IMG/VR virus record: IMGVR_UViG_3300033146_005641
Coordinates: 55,352-119,351 of that record
Length of the DNA: 64,000 nt
Direction: 5' to 3' (one strand)
Source of the DNA: a virus
Lineage: Duplodnaviria; Heunggongvirae; Uroviricota; Caudoviricetes
Part shown: piece by piece, positions 19,873 through 28,931 of the stretch
How the letters are laid out: every line of letters begins with the position of its first letter
How positions within the stretch are numbered: position 1 is the first letter of the stretch
Program-made: the position numbers and the translations under genes
Notes under the pieces: model-generated
Database searches by the model: none
The model's input: only the letters and a program-made list of their open reading frames with translations
What the model was told of the DNA's origin: nothing

Positions 19873-20544
19873 ATGAAAATAGAAGAGTTCGTTAATAAAC
19901 CTACCGAAGGATATTTTAAACTAGAATGTCTAAATGATAAGGGTGAGGTTATTGATGTATTTGAACAGAAAAATATGATCATGTTCAATTCTAAGCCTTC
20001 TGTAGCTAATTCAACTATAGGAGTATATCCTCCAGTAGATTATATTAATAAAATAGTCTTAGGTAGTAGAGGTCATGACGTAGGAACAGGAAATCTTTTA
20101 ATAGGTAGAGATTTTGGATATCAGCGTGAGAAACTATTCGCTGAAGAAGAATTAGGTAATACGTATGTTATAGTTTTTAATCCACTAGTAAGAGATGGAG
20201 AAGGATTTATAAGCGATATTAAATACGAAGCCTACCATGAAGGCATCTCTACTAAAACTGTAGTTACTGCTAATAAAGCTAGGATATGGGCTAAAATAAT
20301 TAATACTAGTACAATCGAATATAAGATTGAAATAGATCCCTCTAACGCTAACGGACCTGAGGGCGTTCAGGCGTGGACCGAAGCTGCTCTTTTTACAAAA
20401 AGAGGAGAGTCTACGGAATACGATTCAGGTAATGCTCCTACGGGAGCACCTAAAAATGGAAAAATATTCTCTATGAGAACATTTCCAGCAAAAATTAAAG
20501 AACCTACAACTACGTTTAGAATAACGTGGCGTATAACATTCTAA
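19873..20544 (+). CDS. Baseplate/tail-collar protein (gp8-position, DUF3751-like)
   Basis: KNMIM, WTEAALF, FSMRTFPAKIK.....RITWRITF pattern typical of fibre-attachment proteins. Confidence 0.55.
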   Translation: MKIEEFVNKPTEGYFKLECLNDKGEVIDVFEQKNMIMFNSKPSVANSTIGVYPPVDYINKIVLGSRGHDVGTGNLLIGRDFGYQREKLFAEEELGNTYVIVFNPLVRDGEGFISDIKYEAYHEGISTKTVVTANKARIWAKIINTSTIEYKIEIDPSNANGPEGVQAWTEAALFTKRGESTEYDSGNAPTGAPKNGKIFSMRTFPAKIKEPTTTFRITWRITF

Positions 20545-20553
20545 GGAGAATAA

Positions 20554-20946
20554 ATGGCTAGAACCACACTACAACAATTCGTTGATTATTATGAAGTAAG
20601 AAATGGATATGTGGGCTCAAAAGATGCTCTTAATAAAGCGGTCCATCAAACAAAGTTAGAGATTAACGAACTATGGAACTGGGCTTCAGGAGGACAAGAT
20701 ACTATTAATCTTCCCGATGGAGGTATAAATTCATATATCATTAATGATAATAAGTATAATGATATTGTAGGAGATCCTTCAAGATTGACTAGATCTGCTC
20801 AATGGTGTCAAGTAAATTTATTTGATACTACGGCAGAGCAGGGTAAAACAGACCAAGAACGAGGTTGGAGTTCATCAACGACTTGGAAAGTTATTACGGG
20901 TGTCTCAGATATGGGAGATACTAAATATAACGGTGGTGCTTGGTAG
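20554..20946 (+). CDS. Hypothetical virion protein
   Basis: Last gene of the baseplate operon, SD aaggag. Confidence 0.6.
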   Translation: MARTTLQQFVDYYEVRNGYVGSKDALNKAVHQTKLEINELWNWASGGQDTINLPDGGINSYIINDNKYNDIVGDPSRLTRSAQWCQVNLFDTTAEQGKTDQERGWSSSTTWKVITGVSDMGDTKYNGGAW

Positions 20947-20951
20947 TAATT

Positions 20952-20975
20952 TTAGACGAATTCTATTTCGTCTAA
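20952..20975 (+). terminator. Hairpin after the baseplate operon
   Basis: ttagacgaa-ttctat-ttcgtctaa 9-bp inverted repeat, extendable to 20943-20984. Confidence 0.6.
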
Positions 20976-21006
20976 TTCTACTACTCTATAATTTTTTATA
21001 TAGTAT

Positions 21007-21029
21007 ATTATAGATAATAAGGCCTAAAA
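21007..21029 (-). promoter_or_regulatory. Orphan early-type promoter pointing antisense to the baseplate operon
   Basis: Minus strand TTTTAGG-N10-TATAAT-ATACTATATAAA, like the cassettes at 46579 and 61266; no ORF follows. Confidence 0.45.
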
Positions 21030-21034
21030 TTATA

Positions 21035-21511
21035 CTAATTTTCCATCTCCATATAATTAAACTCTAGAGATATTAGCACAGTTATAGAACTATCCTCACC
21101 ATCTCTAATATCCATTTCTATATCGCCAATAGACTGAACTCTACAATCTCTAAACCAGAACTTTTTAATTGATTTTTTATTTAAACTATCATAAACTTCT
21201 AACCATACGTCAAAAGATTTTTTATTGGAAAATTTACCCTTTTTAACGTTTATAGACTCTATAAAATTATTAAATACTTCATCATATACATTCCATTCTC
21301 TATCTATCATGATATCTAAATTTAAAGTAGAAAACTCTACAGTATCTCCTCCTAATATCTCTCTTACACCACCCCTCGAACCTAGTTGAGGATTACTAAA
21401 AGATAGTCCCGGTATATTAAACGACTGTGCTAAATAGAATACGTTTTTTAGTACATTAGAACCCCATCTAAGATCAGTTGATGTAGATAGAGAGTTATTA
21501 AATTGACTCAT
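21035..21511 (-). CDS. gp3: Tail terminator / sheath stabilizer
   Basis: AQSFNIPGLSF, GD.VEFSTLNL..MID.EW.VY.E. Confidence 0.8.
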   Translation of the reverse strand: MSQFNNSLSTSTDLRWGSNVLKNVFYLAQSFNIPGLSFSNPQLGSRGGVREILGGDTVEFSTLNLDIMIDREWNVYDEVFNNFIESINVKKGKFSNKKSFDVWLEVYDSLNKKSIKKFWFRDCRVQSIGDIEMDIRDGEDSSITVLISLEFNYMEMEN

Positions 21512-21528
21512 TATATACCTTTTTATAT

Positions 21529-21536
21529 TATTTATA
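21529..21536 (-). promoter_or_regulatory. Late promoter TATAAATA (gp3)
   Basis: Exact consensus upstream of gp3. Confidence 0.65.
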
Positions 21537-21623
21537 TGTCTGTATTATATATTATTAAGTTTAATTTAAGGCTAAATTAAGCAAATTCATATATAATTTG
21601 TTATATACGAAATAAGGAATATA

Positions 21624-22559
21624 ATGATAGATAAAGCGTCTATTGAGGATTTAGAAAAAGGTTTAAAAAAATATTTACCAGAACCAGTTATTAATTCTGA
21701 ATTAATACTTTTCAATAATTCTAAAATACTTAAAAATATAAAAAAATATAATATTAATAAATTAATGAAGAATACTACACCCTATGGACTAATAAATGCT
21801 TCGAAAAATGAAAAGAAGATATATTCTGATAAATTACCAAATTTATATACTAAATTCACGTTTTTAAAGTCGATTCCTAAATATAATGATAAATATATAC
21901 AAGAGATTGAGACTTTACGTGATGAGTATAGTGAATTAGAAAGGTCTATAGAAAAGGGACTACAAAAAAAGAAAAGATATATTAGAGATAGAATAAAGGA
22001 TTTAAGTTCTGCCACTTTCGTTTATAGAGATCCTAATATCTTTGGAGAAATGATTTTAATAATAATTAATAATATTCTTACCAGACCGAACTTTTCGAGA
22101 TACTCATATAAAAATGAAATGAAGTCTTTAGCTATTGAACATATATTAAAATATACTTGGAGATTTGCTCCTTATAAACAATCTAAAATTTCAGGACAAT
22201 ATGTGTCGGCTTTTACATATATTAGTACTATTTCCTTTAATGCTTTTGTAGCTACCATTAATTCTCAAAATAAAGAAGCTAAGAAATCTAAAGAGGAGTT
22301 TTTAGAAACTCAAAAATTTAAATATTCTACAATAAGGTCCTCAAATATAATTCCCGATCATTCAGAGATAGAAAAGAAAGTTAGACTAGTAAATATCGAA
22401 AACAGACTAATAGATGAAATTAAGAAAATTCCGCTAGATCAGAAAGATATATTAGTTGAATATCCTAAGAATTATAGAATAGATATGAATGAATATAAAG
22501 AACTCACCGAATTTTCTAAAGAAAATGATTTAAATTTAAGTTTAGTTAGAGAAAGATAA
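21624..22559 (+). CDS. gp55: Late-transcription sigma factor
   Basis: RPNFSRYSYKNEM...AIE...Y...F, AFTY.STI.FNAF core; N-terminal extension. Confidence 0.88.
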   Translation: MIDKASIEDLEKGLKKYLPEPVINSELILFNNSKILKNIKKYNINKLMKNTTPYGLINASKNEKKIYSDKLPNLYTKFTFLKSIPKYNDKYIQEIETLRDEYSELERSIEKGLQKKKRYIRDRIKDLSSATFVYRDPNIFGEMILIIINNILTRPNFSRYSYKNEMKSLAIEHILKYTWRFAPYKQSKISGQYVSAFTYISTISFNAFVATINSQNKEAKKSKEEFLETQKFKYSTIRSSNIIPDHSEIEKKVRLVNIENRLIDEIKKIPLDQKDILVEYPKNYRIDMNEYKELTEFSKENDLNLSLVRER

Positions 22560-22561
22560 TA

Positions 22562-22807
22562 ATGGAACGTAACGATTTTTTAAAGCTTTTCAATGATATT
22601 AGTAAAATGGAGGGGAATAGTCTCTTAGAAAAAATTTTAGACTATTGTGAAACTTTTAATAAAGATGTTCAAGAAATAGGTGATATATTAGAAGAAAATA
22701 AAGAGTTTAAACAACTATTATATGACGATTGTGTTAATAATAATATAATCAGTGATCCAAAATATAAAAAAACATTAAATAGAACAGAAAATATCGAGGA
22801 ATGGTAG
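22562..22807 (+). CDS. gp33: Late-transcription coactivator
   Basis: S.LE.ILDYCE....D...I...L...K.......NN.I pattern, adjacent to gp55. Confidence 0.7.
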   Translation: MERNDFLKLFNDISKMEGNSLLEKILDYCETFNKDVQEIGDILEENKEFKQLLYDDCVNNNIISDPKYKKTLNRTENIEEW

Positions 22808-22822
22808 ACTATTTTATCTAAC

Positions 22823-22845
22823 TTTAAGTCTTATTATAATATAAT
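22823..22845 (+). promoter_or_regulatory. Early-type promoter TTTAAG-N11-TATAAT
   Basis: Followed by ATATTATATAAAGAGAAAATG as in other cassettes. Confidence 0.6.
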
Positions 22846-22965
22846 ATATTATATAAAGAGAAAATGAATTCAAAATTAGAACAATTTTTAGGTTTTTATA
22901 ATTTTAGGATTTTAGAATAATCGAATATGTAGAAATATTACATAGAAAAAGTTTGGAGATAAAAA

Positions 22966-23451
22966 TTGATAACATGGACTCAACAATATAAGATAATTTC
23001 TAACGTCTTTAAATCTTTTCGTGTTGGTAAAAAAGTAAATGAAGAAAAGCCTTTTACACAGAAAGAATTAGAAAGGAATAAATTATTTTTAAATCCTAAT
23101 AAGTTTCAAAACTATACTTTAGCTAACCTTAAAATTCTTATAATTTATGAGATGTGGAGAAATATGCCTTCTTCTAAAATTGCATTTCTTAAAATTTTAA
23201 ATTCTCTAAAAGAGAAGGATATTGTAGAATTTAGAGGATTTAAAAGAGATATAGAGAGCTATCACTACATATTTAAAAAAGATACAGATACTCTTAAAAC
23301 CGTAGATATAGAGCCTTATGAAGCATATAAGAAAAACCTAATTCATCCTCTTACTCTAGGATCTCTAAACATCTCTGAGGGGACAGTAGGAATAATCGGT
23401 AAAAAAGATGTATCTAGGTCTAGGGTTCTTAGATCTTTTTTTAATTTTTAA
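22966..23451 (+). CDS. Possible helicase loader (gp59-like)
   Basis: TTG start with SD ggag; F..D...L...Y....I.P.T pattern and position after gp33. Confidence 0.35.
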   Translation: MITWTQQYKIISNVFKSFRVGKKVNEEKPFTQKELERNKLFLNPNKFQNYTLANLKILIIYEMWRNMPSSKIAFLKILNSLKEKDIVEFRGFKRDIESYHYIFKKDTDTLKTVDIEPYEAYKKNLIHPLTLGSLNISEGTVGIIGKKDVSRSRVLRSFFNF

Positions 23452-23490
23452 TTAAGAATCATATAATATAATTTTAATACAGGAGAATAA

Positions 23491-24438
23491 ATGACAAAAA
23501 CACCTATTTCTAAAAACGAAAAAGAAAAAATATTTGTAGAGAGATATAGACCTAGAACTATAAAAGATATAATCCTACCTAAGGAAATGAAAGAGTCTCT
23601 TTTAGAGTGGAAAAGAGAGGGTCAAATTCCTAATCTATTATTAATTTCTAAAGCACCGGGATTAGGTAAGACCTCTCTAGCTCACGTTATAGCTAACGAA
23701 TTAGATGCTGAGATTAAGTTTATTAATGCATCTCTAGAAAGTAATATTGATTTATTGAGAGAATCTATTAAAGGATTTGTAACTACCGCAGGATGGGATA
23801 ATAGACCTAAAATTGTAGTTCTTGATGAGGCTGACGGCTTGAATGAAAGAACTACTCAACCTGCTCTAAGAGCGTTTATTGAAGAGTTTTCTAAAAGCGC
23901 TAGGTTTATTTTAACAGCTAATAATCAAAATAAAATCATAGAACCCTTACAGGATAGATTAATGGATTATGACTTTGATAAGATGTTTAATGAAAATAAG
24001 ACTCTTATCAAGGATATTTATTTAAGATGTGAGTCTATTTTAGAGGAAGAAGATATTGAGTATAATAAAGAAGACCTAAAATATCTAGTAAAACACTATT
24101 TTCCATCGCAAAGAAGTATTGTAATGAAATTACAACAATTTACTACTAATGGTGTTTTAAAAATTAACCATTCTGAAATGAATATTGATGGTGTTTTAGC
24201 TGATATTAGAAAATTAGTCGTATCGAAAGACTTTGAAAAGATTAGAGAATTAATAACTGAAATTTCAGATCCTTCACTAATATTTTCGAATTTTTATGAA
24301 CACCTAGATGAGTTTGAAAAATCTAAAAGACCGGGTGTAGTTTTAACAATAGCTAAATATCAATCATATGATAGTTTAGTAAGAGATAGAGTTATCAATG
24401 TTATGGCATGTTTAACGGAGATGATGCAATTTTTATAA
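23491..24438 (+). CDS. gp44: Sliding-clamp loader large subunit (AAA+)
   Basis: FVERYRP.TIKD, PG.GKTS, INAS, VVLDEADG, QPALR.FIEEF, FILTAN. Confidence 0.95.
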   Translation: MTKTPISKNEKEKIFVERYRPRTIKDIILPKEMKESLLEWKREGQIPNLLLISKAPGLGKTSLAHVIANELDAEIKFINASLESNIDLLRESIKGFVTTAGWDNRPKIVVLDEADGLNERTTQPALRAFIEEFSKSARFILTANNQNKIIEPLQDRLMDYDFDKMFNENKTLIKDIYLRCESILEEEDIEYNKEDLKYLVKHYFPSQRSIVMKLQQFTTNGVLKINHSEMNIDGVLADIRKLVVSKDFEKIRELITEISDPSLIFSNFYEHLDEFEKSKRPGVVLTIAKYQSYDSLVRDRVINVMACLTEMMQFL

Positions 24439-24450
24439 AAGGAGAGATGA

Positions 24451-25365
24451 ATGAATTTACCGATAGGTATTGATGTAGGATATAGTTCTACAAAGGTTAG
24501 ATATAACGAAAAGAACGTGAGGTTTCCAACAGCCATTTGTTTTGCTACAGATGTAGGTACATCTTTCGGAGAAGAGGATGTTTATGAATTTGAAGGTGAT
24601 AAGTATTATGTAGGAAAGGATGCTGTAGGTCAAGAAACCTTTAGTACTACAGATTATAAATTCTTATATAAATTTGCACCTTTAATTATTTATCATATTC
24701 TCAAAAAATTTGACGAACATAATCTATCTAAACCTGTAGAAGTAGTAACAGGACTTGCTATTACTGATTGGGATAAAAGAGAGGAATTTAAAGAAAGAAT
24801 TTCTAATTTTGAGATTAATGATGAATCGGTAGAATTAAAGGTATCTCTAATTCCTCAAGGTGCGGGAGTGATTTTAGATTATGTGTATAATCAGAATGGT
24901 GGTAGTTTTCCTGAAAGAATTTCTGCTGTAGATATTGGTCATAATACTATTAATTTTTTAAGTTATAAAAATGGTAAGCCTATTAGAAATGAGATTAACG
25001 GATATCCTGGTCATGGTGTGACTAGTATTCTTAAACCATTTACAAAATTTTTAGAAAATAAGTTCTCTTTAAGTTTTTCAGAACAAGAGGCTATTGGAAT
25101 TTTCCAAAAAGGTACCTTTAGATATAATGGTGAGCTACAAGAAGATGTAAGTGAAAAAATTACAGAGATTAAATCTCAATTTATTAAAAAACTATTTAAT
25201 AGTGTTTTAGTTAATGATAAAAAGATTATGGGAATGAGTGATGTTGTTCTCCTGGCAGGCGGTGGTAGCCTTTTATTAGAAGATGTAAATTTCCCTTCGA
25301 ATGTATTTAAGGTAGAAGAACCGGTGTTTGCAAACGTTAGAGGATATATGGTAGGTAAAGAATAG
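24451..25365 (+). CDS. ParM/StbA-family actin-like ATPase
   Basis: Phosphate-1 GIDVGYSSTK, connect-1 PQG.G, phosphate-2 VDIGHNT, adenosine LAGGGS, FANVRG. Confidence 0.85.
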   Translation: MNLPIGIDVGYSSTKVRYNEKNVRFPTAICFATDVGTSFGEEDVYEFEGDKYYVGKDAVGQETFSTTDYKFLYKFAPLIIYHILKKFDEHNLSKPVEVVTGLAITDWDKREEFKERISNFEINDESVELKVSLIPQGAGVILDYVYNQNGGSFPERISAVDIGHNTINFLSYKNGKPIRNEINGYPGHGVTSILKPFTKFLENKFSLSFSEQEAIGIFQKGTFRYNGELQEDVSEKITEIKSQFIKKLFNSVLVNDKKIMGMSDVVLLAGGGSLLLEDVNFPSNVFKVEEPVFANVRGYMVGKE

Positions 25366-25477
25366 TTTATTAAAAAAATTCTCCTAATCCATATTTAAGA
25401 ATGTATTTAGAAGATGATGAGTCTTTATTTTCTATTATATATTCAGGATGGTATGAATTAACATAAAAGGAAGCAAA

Positions 25478-25759
25478 ATGGCAAAGAGTACAAACGTAGA
25501 ATTAGACGATATTAGTTTAAATATTTTAAAACAGGTTGACGGTGTTCATAGAAACTCTCTAATCAATTTAGGAATTATTGCAATTTCTAAAACAGAATAT
25601 TTTAAAAGTCTTACAGGTAATCCTTCAGAAGATATTTCTAAAATTGTAGACCTTAATGATGCAGTAAGTAATACAAATAATATAAAAGAAGAAACTACTC
25701 CGCAAAGTTCTAATAAAAGAAGTAAACCTTCAATTGATATCGGATTTGATGACTTTTAA
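25478..25759 (+). CDS. Small ribbon-helix-helix-like protein (ParR-like candidate)
   Basis: N-terminal strand STNVEL, helix DDISLNILKQV, turn, helix RNSLINLGI; low-complexity acidic tail; directly after the ParM-like gene. Confidence 0.5.
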   Translation: MAKSTNVELDDISLNILKQVDGVHRNSLINLGIIAISKTEYFKSLTGNPSEDISKIVDLNDAVSNTNNIKEETTPQSSNKRSKPSIDIGFDDF

Positions 25760-25839
25760 ACAATCGGCCACTCTTAAAGAGTTTGGTAAAGAGCTTCGAG
25801 ATGAGGCTTGCCGAAAATATTTTTAAGGAGGTAGGTGAG

Positions 25840-26235
25840 ATGCTTACAACACAAGACTTAATGAAAGATTTGGAATGGTTGCTTGACGTTCCTGCAGGTA
25901 AGGAGCCGAGAAGATATCCTTTAACTAATATTAGTTATGATGACAATAAGGTTTTTGTAGACGTAGCTGTAGCGGGTTTTGGACCTGATGATATTGATAT
26001 TGAATTAGAGGGAGATACTCTAATCATTACAGGCGAAAAATCTGAAGAAAAGTTTGATGAGGATCGTCAATTTGTTCAAAAACATATTAGTTCAGAATCT
26101 TTCGAAAGAAAAATCAAACTTCATCCCGACTTTGTAAGTGGAGATATTTCTGCTACTTATAAAAACGGAATTTTAGGAATTTCAATTACTAAAAAAGAAA
26201 AGCCTAAAAAACTTATTTCTATAGTATCTGAATAA
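25840..26235 (+). CDS. Small heat-shock protein (Hsp20/IbpA family)
   Basis: YP.TNI, VAVAGF..DDI.I, L.I.G, SFER.I.L, A.YKNGIL.I; ATG 25840 after SD aaggagg. Confidence 0.92.
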   Translation: MLTTQDLMKDLEWLLDVPAGKEPRRYPLTNISYDDNKVFVDVAVAGFGPDDIDIELEGDTLIITGEKSEEKFDEDRQFVQKHISSESFERKIKLHPDFVSGDISATYKNGILGISITKKEKPKKLISIVSE

Positions 26236-26280
26236 ATTTTAGAGTCCTCTTCGGAGGATTCGTAAATTTATTTGTTTTTA
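26235..26280 (+). terminator. Rho-independent terminator with UUCG tetraloop
   Basis: gtcctc-ttcg-gaggat with flanking aaattt pairing and a T-rich tail. Confidence 0.75.
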
Positions 26281-26331
26281 AGTTAGCTTATACTATAATA
26301 TATTATATAAAGAGAAAAGGATAGAAAGATG
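26277..26331 (+). promoter_or_regulatory. Early promoter/leader cassette (PeSL-like)
   Basis: TTTAAG-N11-TATAATATATTATATAAAGAGAAAAGGATAGAAAGATG, near-identical at several loci. Confidence 0.75.
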
Positions 26332-26982
26332 AAAGTTATAGAAGATATAAGTACTCTAAAAAAATGGGAAGATAGAATAGAAGAAAGTGATTCATATATT
26401 CCTATTAGAACAACGGATATTATTGAAAAGTTAGATTATGAAGTTTTAGTAATTTATTCTTTTTCAAAAACATATCACGGTGTAACACTTTATGATGATA
26501 ACGCTAATAAAATTCTAATAGAAAATAGCTATAAAAAAGAAAGAGCTTTTAGATTATCATTATATTCTAATGGTATGTTTATACCCTTAGGTCTTGAAAA
26601 AATCGTTCATAGAGGTGAGCGAGCTAAAACGTTTTCAGAAATTGATAAAGTAGCGTTGAGTGAAGCTATAATATCCCGAAAAAATACTATAGAAAAAATG
26701 AAAAAAGTTCCAATATCAGAATCGGTTGAAAAAGAAATTATGAATATTATATTCGGTAACAGAGAAATTGATTTAAAAGAAGACGAAAATAACCTCGTAA
26801 GAGATAATTTGGCCGATTTTATCGAGGATGTTTTATATATATACTTAACAGGTAGTTATCTTATCGTAAAAAAAGATAAAACTCGTAAAGGTAGAGTAAA
26901 GAAAAATATCAGATATCTTTTATCATTGTCTACTAAATTATATAAAACCGTTTATAAAAATTATCCATTTATCTTTATTTAA
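26329..26982 (+). CDS. Hypothetical early protein (C-terminal PFIFI tail)
   Basis: ORF begins at the cassette ATG. Confidence 0.7.
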   Translation: MKVIEDISTLKKWEDRIEESDSYIPIRTTDIIEKLDYEVLVIYSFSKTYHGVTLYDDNANKILIENSYKKERAFRLSLYSNGMFIPLGLEKIVHRGERAKTFSEIDKVALSEAIISRKNTIEKMKKVPISESVEKEIMNIIFGNREIDLKEDENNLVRDNLADFIEDVLYIYLTGSYLIVKKDKTRKGRVKKNIRYLLSLSTKLYKTVYKNYPFIFI

Positions 26983-27017
26983 TAAATATTAAATATAATA
27001 TATTATAGGGAGAGTAA

Positions 27018-27185
27018 ATGGGTTTAAGTAGAGAAGATATTCTGAACGAGCTATCGGTTTTATATCAACTAATTTCTAAGTTTAGACTAGGAGATGAGTT
27101 TAAAAAAGATGTGGATGACATTCGAAGTCAAATCATTGAGCTACAAGAAATATTGATAGCCTTAGAAAGGAAAAAAGATGAATGA
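27018..27185 (+). CDS. Hypothetical 55-aa coiled-coil protein (not in ORF track)
   Basis: SD gggag, ATG 27018, MGLSREDILNELSVLY...ERKKDE, overlaps the next start. Confidence 0.6.
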   Translation: MGLSREDILNELSVLYQLISKFRLGDEFKKDVDDIRSQIIELQEILIALERKKDE

Positions 27186-27414
27186 GGATTATATGTTCGG
27201 AAACCCGGATGAATTAAGTGAGGCTATTAAAAGAAACGAGAAAATAGCATTAGAACAAGGAGTAGATATGAAGCCACCTCCTGGTTCTGTAGGGTTGAGT
27301 GATTTTACTAAAAGGATTAGTGAAAACTCAAACGTAGAGGATAGATTATGGAAAATAATTTTTGACTTAATAGAGGAGATTAAGGTTTTAAAAGGAGAAA
27401 AGAATGATCAATAA
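27178..27414 (+). CDS. Hypothetical protein
   Basis: Coupled ORF in an early cluster. Confidence 0.6.
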   Translation: MNEDYMFGNPDELSEAIKRNEKIALEQGVDMKPPPGSVGLSDFTKRISENSNVEDRLWKIIFDLIEEIKVLKGEKNDQ

Positions 27415-27613
27415 AAACGATAAAGTAAAGATTTATGAGGGTAATAAAGAGACCGATGATTTAACAGGTCTTATTTTTGACGTTAATATAGATGAATTGA
27501 AAAAATTTAATCATAACTTTGAAAAGTTTTATTATGTTATAGAGGGTTTAGATATTAGAGATGAAAAACTTTTTGATAAAACTATTAAAAGGTTAAATAT
27601 GTCTAATCATTAA
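27404..27613 (+). CDS. Hypothetical protein
   Basis: SD aggag, coupled ORF. Confidence 0.6.
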   Translation: MINKNDKVKIYEGNKETDDLTGLIFDVNIDELKKFNHNFEKFYYVIEGLDIRDEKLFDKTIKRLNMSNH

Positions 27614-27634
27614 AGTTTTAATGGAGGAGGAAAA

Positions 27635-28636
27635 GTGGTTTTAAATGAGCTTTCTAAAAAATACTTTAAACTAGTTACTAAAAATAAGAAATCAGAATCA
27701 CCTAGTAGAATCACATGTAATTGTATAATGTGTGGTGATGAGAAAAATAGATTATCTTTAAGTGCTGTTAATGATGAGGTTGGAGTTTGTCGTTGTTTTA
27801 ATGCAGGATGTGTTCTAAACGATCACGCACTACCATTTCCTGCTTTTTTAAAATTAGCTAATGTAACGCTATATGAAAGATATAGAAGAGAAAAATTTAA
27901 TAAAAATTTAAATAGTGATAGTAATCTAAATAGTCTATTAGGTAATAAGAAAGACGAGAAGACTAAAAAATATGAACATATTAAAGAAGAAAATATAAAT
28001 CTTCCGGATGCTTTTGGTAAATTATTGTCATTGAAAGAAGCAACCAGGGCTAGAGAATATGTTGAAAATAGATGTGTTTCTGAAGAGATATATAAAAACT
28101 GGTATTTTTCTAAAGAAGCATTTATTAGAGTATTAGATAAAAAATATTTCGTTCTTAATTACTTATTCATACCTATCATACAAAATAATAAACTTTCAGG
28201 TTTTTATACTCGTTCAATAGAAGAAAAGAGATTTAGCACTATTCTTTTTCCTAATAGAGAAAAGTTCTGGAGTTCTGACTCTATACTAGCTAAAGAATAC
28301 ACCTATTATATTTTTGAAGGTATTTTTGACGCTTTAAGCTCTGGATTTGAACATGTAATAGCTATGCTATCGGCTGATCTTAGTGAAGAAGTTTTAGAAA
28401 AAATAGAAAAACCTATATTTGTATTTGATAATGATGAAACCGGTAGAAATAAATCCATTAAAGAAGCTGAAAATAATAATAAAGTTTTTATATGGCCTAA
28501 AGAATGGGATGATTTTAAAGATATGAACGAGGTATTATGTTCAGGAGTTTCTAGAAAGGATATTCAAAAGACTATCAATTCTAATATTTCTGAAGGTATG
28601 ATAGCTATTATTAAATTAAAATCTAAAAAAATTTAA
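27635..28636 (+). CDS. gp61: DNA primase
   Basis: Zinc-binding C.MCGD...C.CFN.GC, TOPRIM FEG.FDA and FDNDETG, W...KD.NE. Confidence 0.93.
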   Translation: MVLNELSKKYFKLVTKNKKSESPSRITCNCIMCGDEKNRLSLSAVNDEVGVCRCFNAGCVLNDHALPFPAFLKLANVTLYERYRREKFNKNLNSDSNLNSLLGNKKDEKTKKYEHIKEENINLPDAFGKLLSLKEATRAREYVENRCVSEEIYKNWYFSKEAFIRVLDKKYFVLNYLFIPIIQNNKLSGFYTRSIEEKRFSTILFPNREKFWSSDSILAKEYTYYIFEGIFDALSSGFEHVIAMLSADLSEEVLEKIEKPIFVFDNDETGRNKSIKEAENNNKVFIWPKEWDDFKDMNEVLCSGVSRKDIQKTINSNISEGMIAIIKLKSKKI

Positions 28637-28683
28637 TATATATGTAAGTATTTTTATTATATAATATACTAATAGGAGAGAAA

Positions 28684-28920
28684 ATGAAAATAAAAGTAAA
28701 AGACGAGATGAATGATATTCGTATTAAAATATCTCATAAAGAACTAGTTATATTGAAAGAAGCGTTATATTCATATAATATTCTTAATGATGATATAAAA
28801 GATCTTAATGTTCAATTATTTGATAGGGATGAAATGAGAGATAGTACAGACGTTGAAAGAACCGTCCTTAAAATATATTCAAAAATCCAGAATAAATTGC
28901 TAGAAATTAACCCATTTTAA
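28684..28920 (+). CDS. Hypothetical protein
   Basis: Follows an early-promoter-like motif and SD aggag. Confidence 0.6.
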   Translation: MKIKVKDEMNDIRIKISHKELVILKEALYSYNILNDDIKDLNVQLFDRDEMRDSTDVERTVLKIYSKIQNKLLEINPF

Positions 28921-28931
28921 AAGGAGAAAAG

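Noticed and set aside
22864-22920. 18-aa ORF after the early promoter at 22823
   Set aside because: Too short and without a recognisable motif; possibly a decayed gene
25366-25477. parC-like centromere between the ParM-like and RHH genes
   Set aside because: Only one imperfect repeat pair, which is too weak in AT-rich DNA to call
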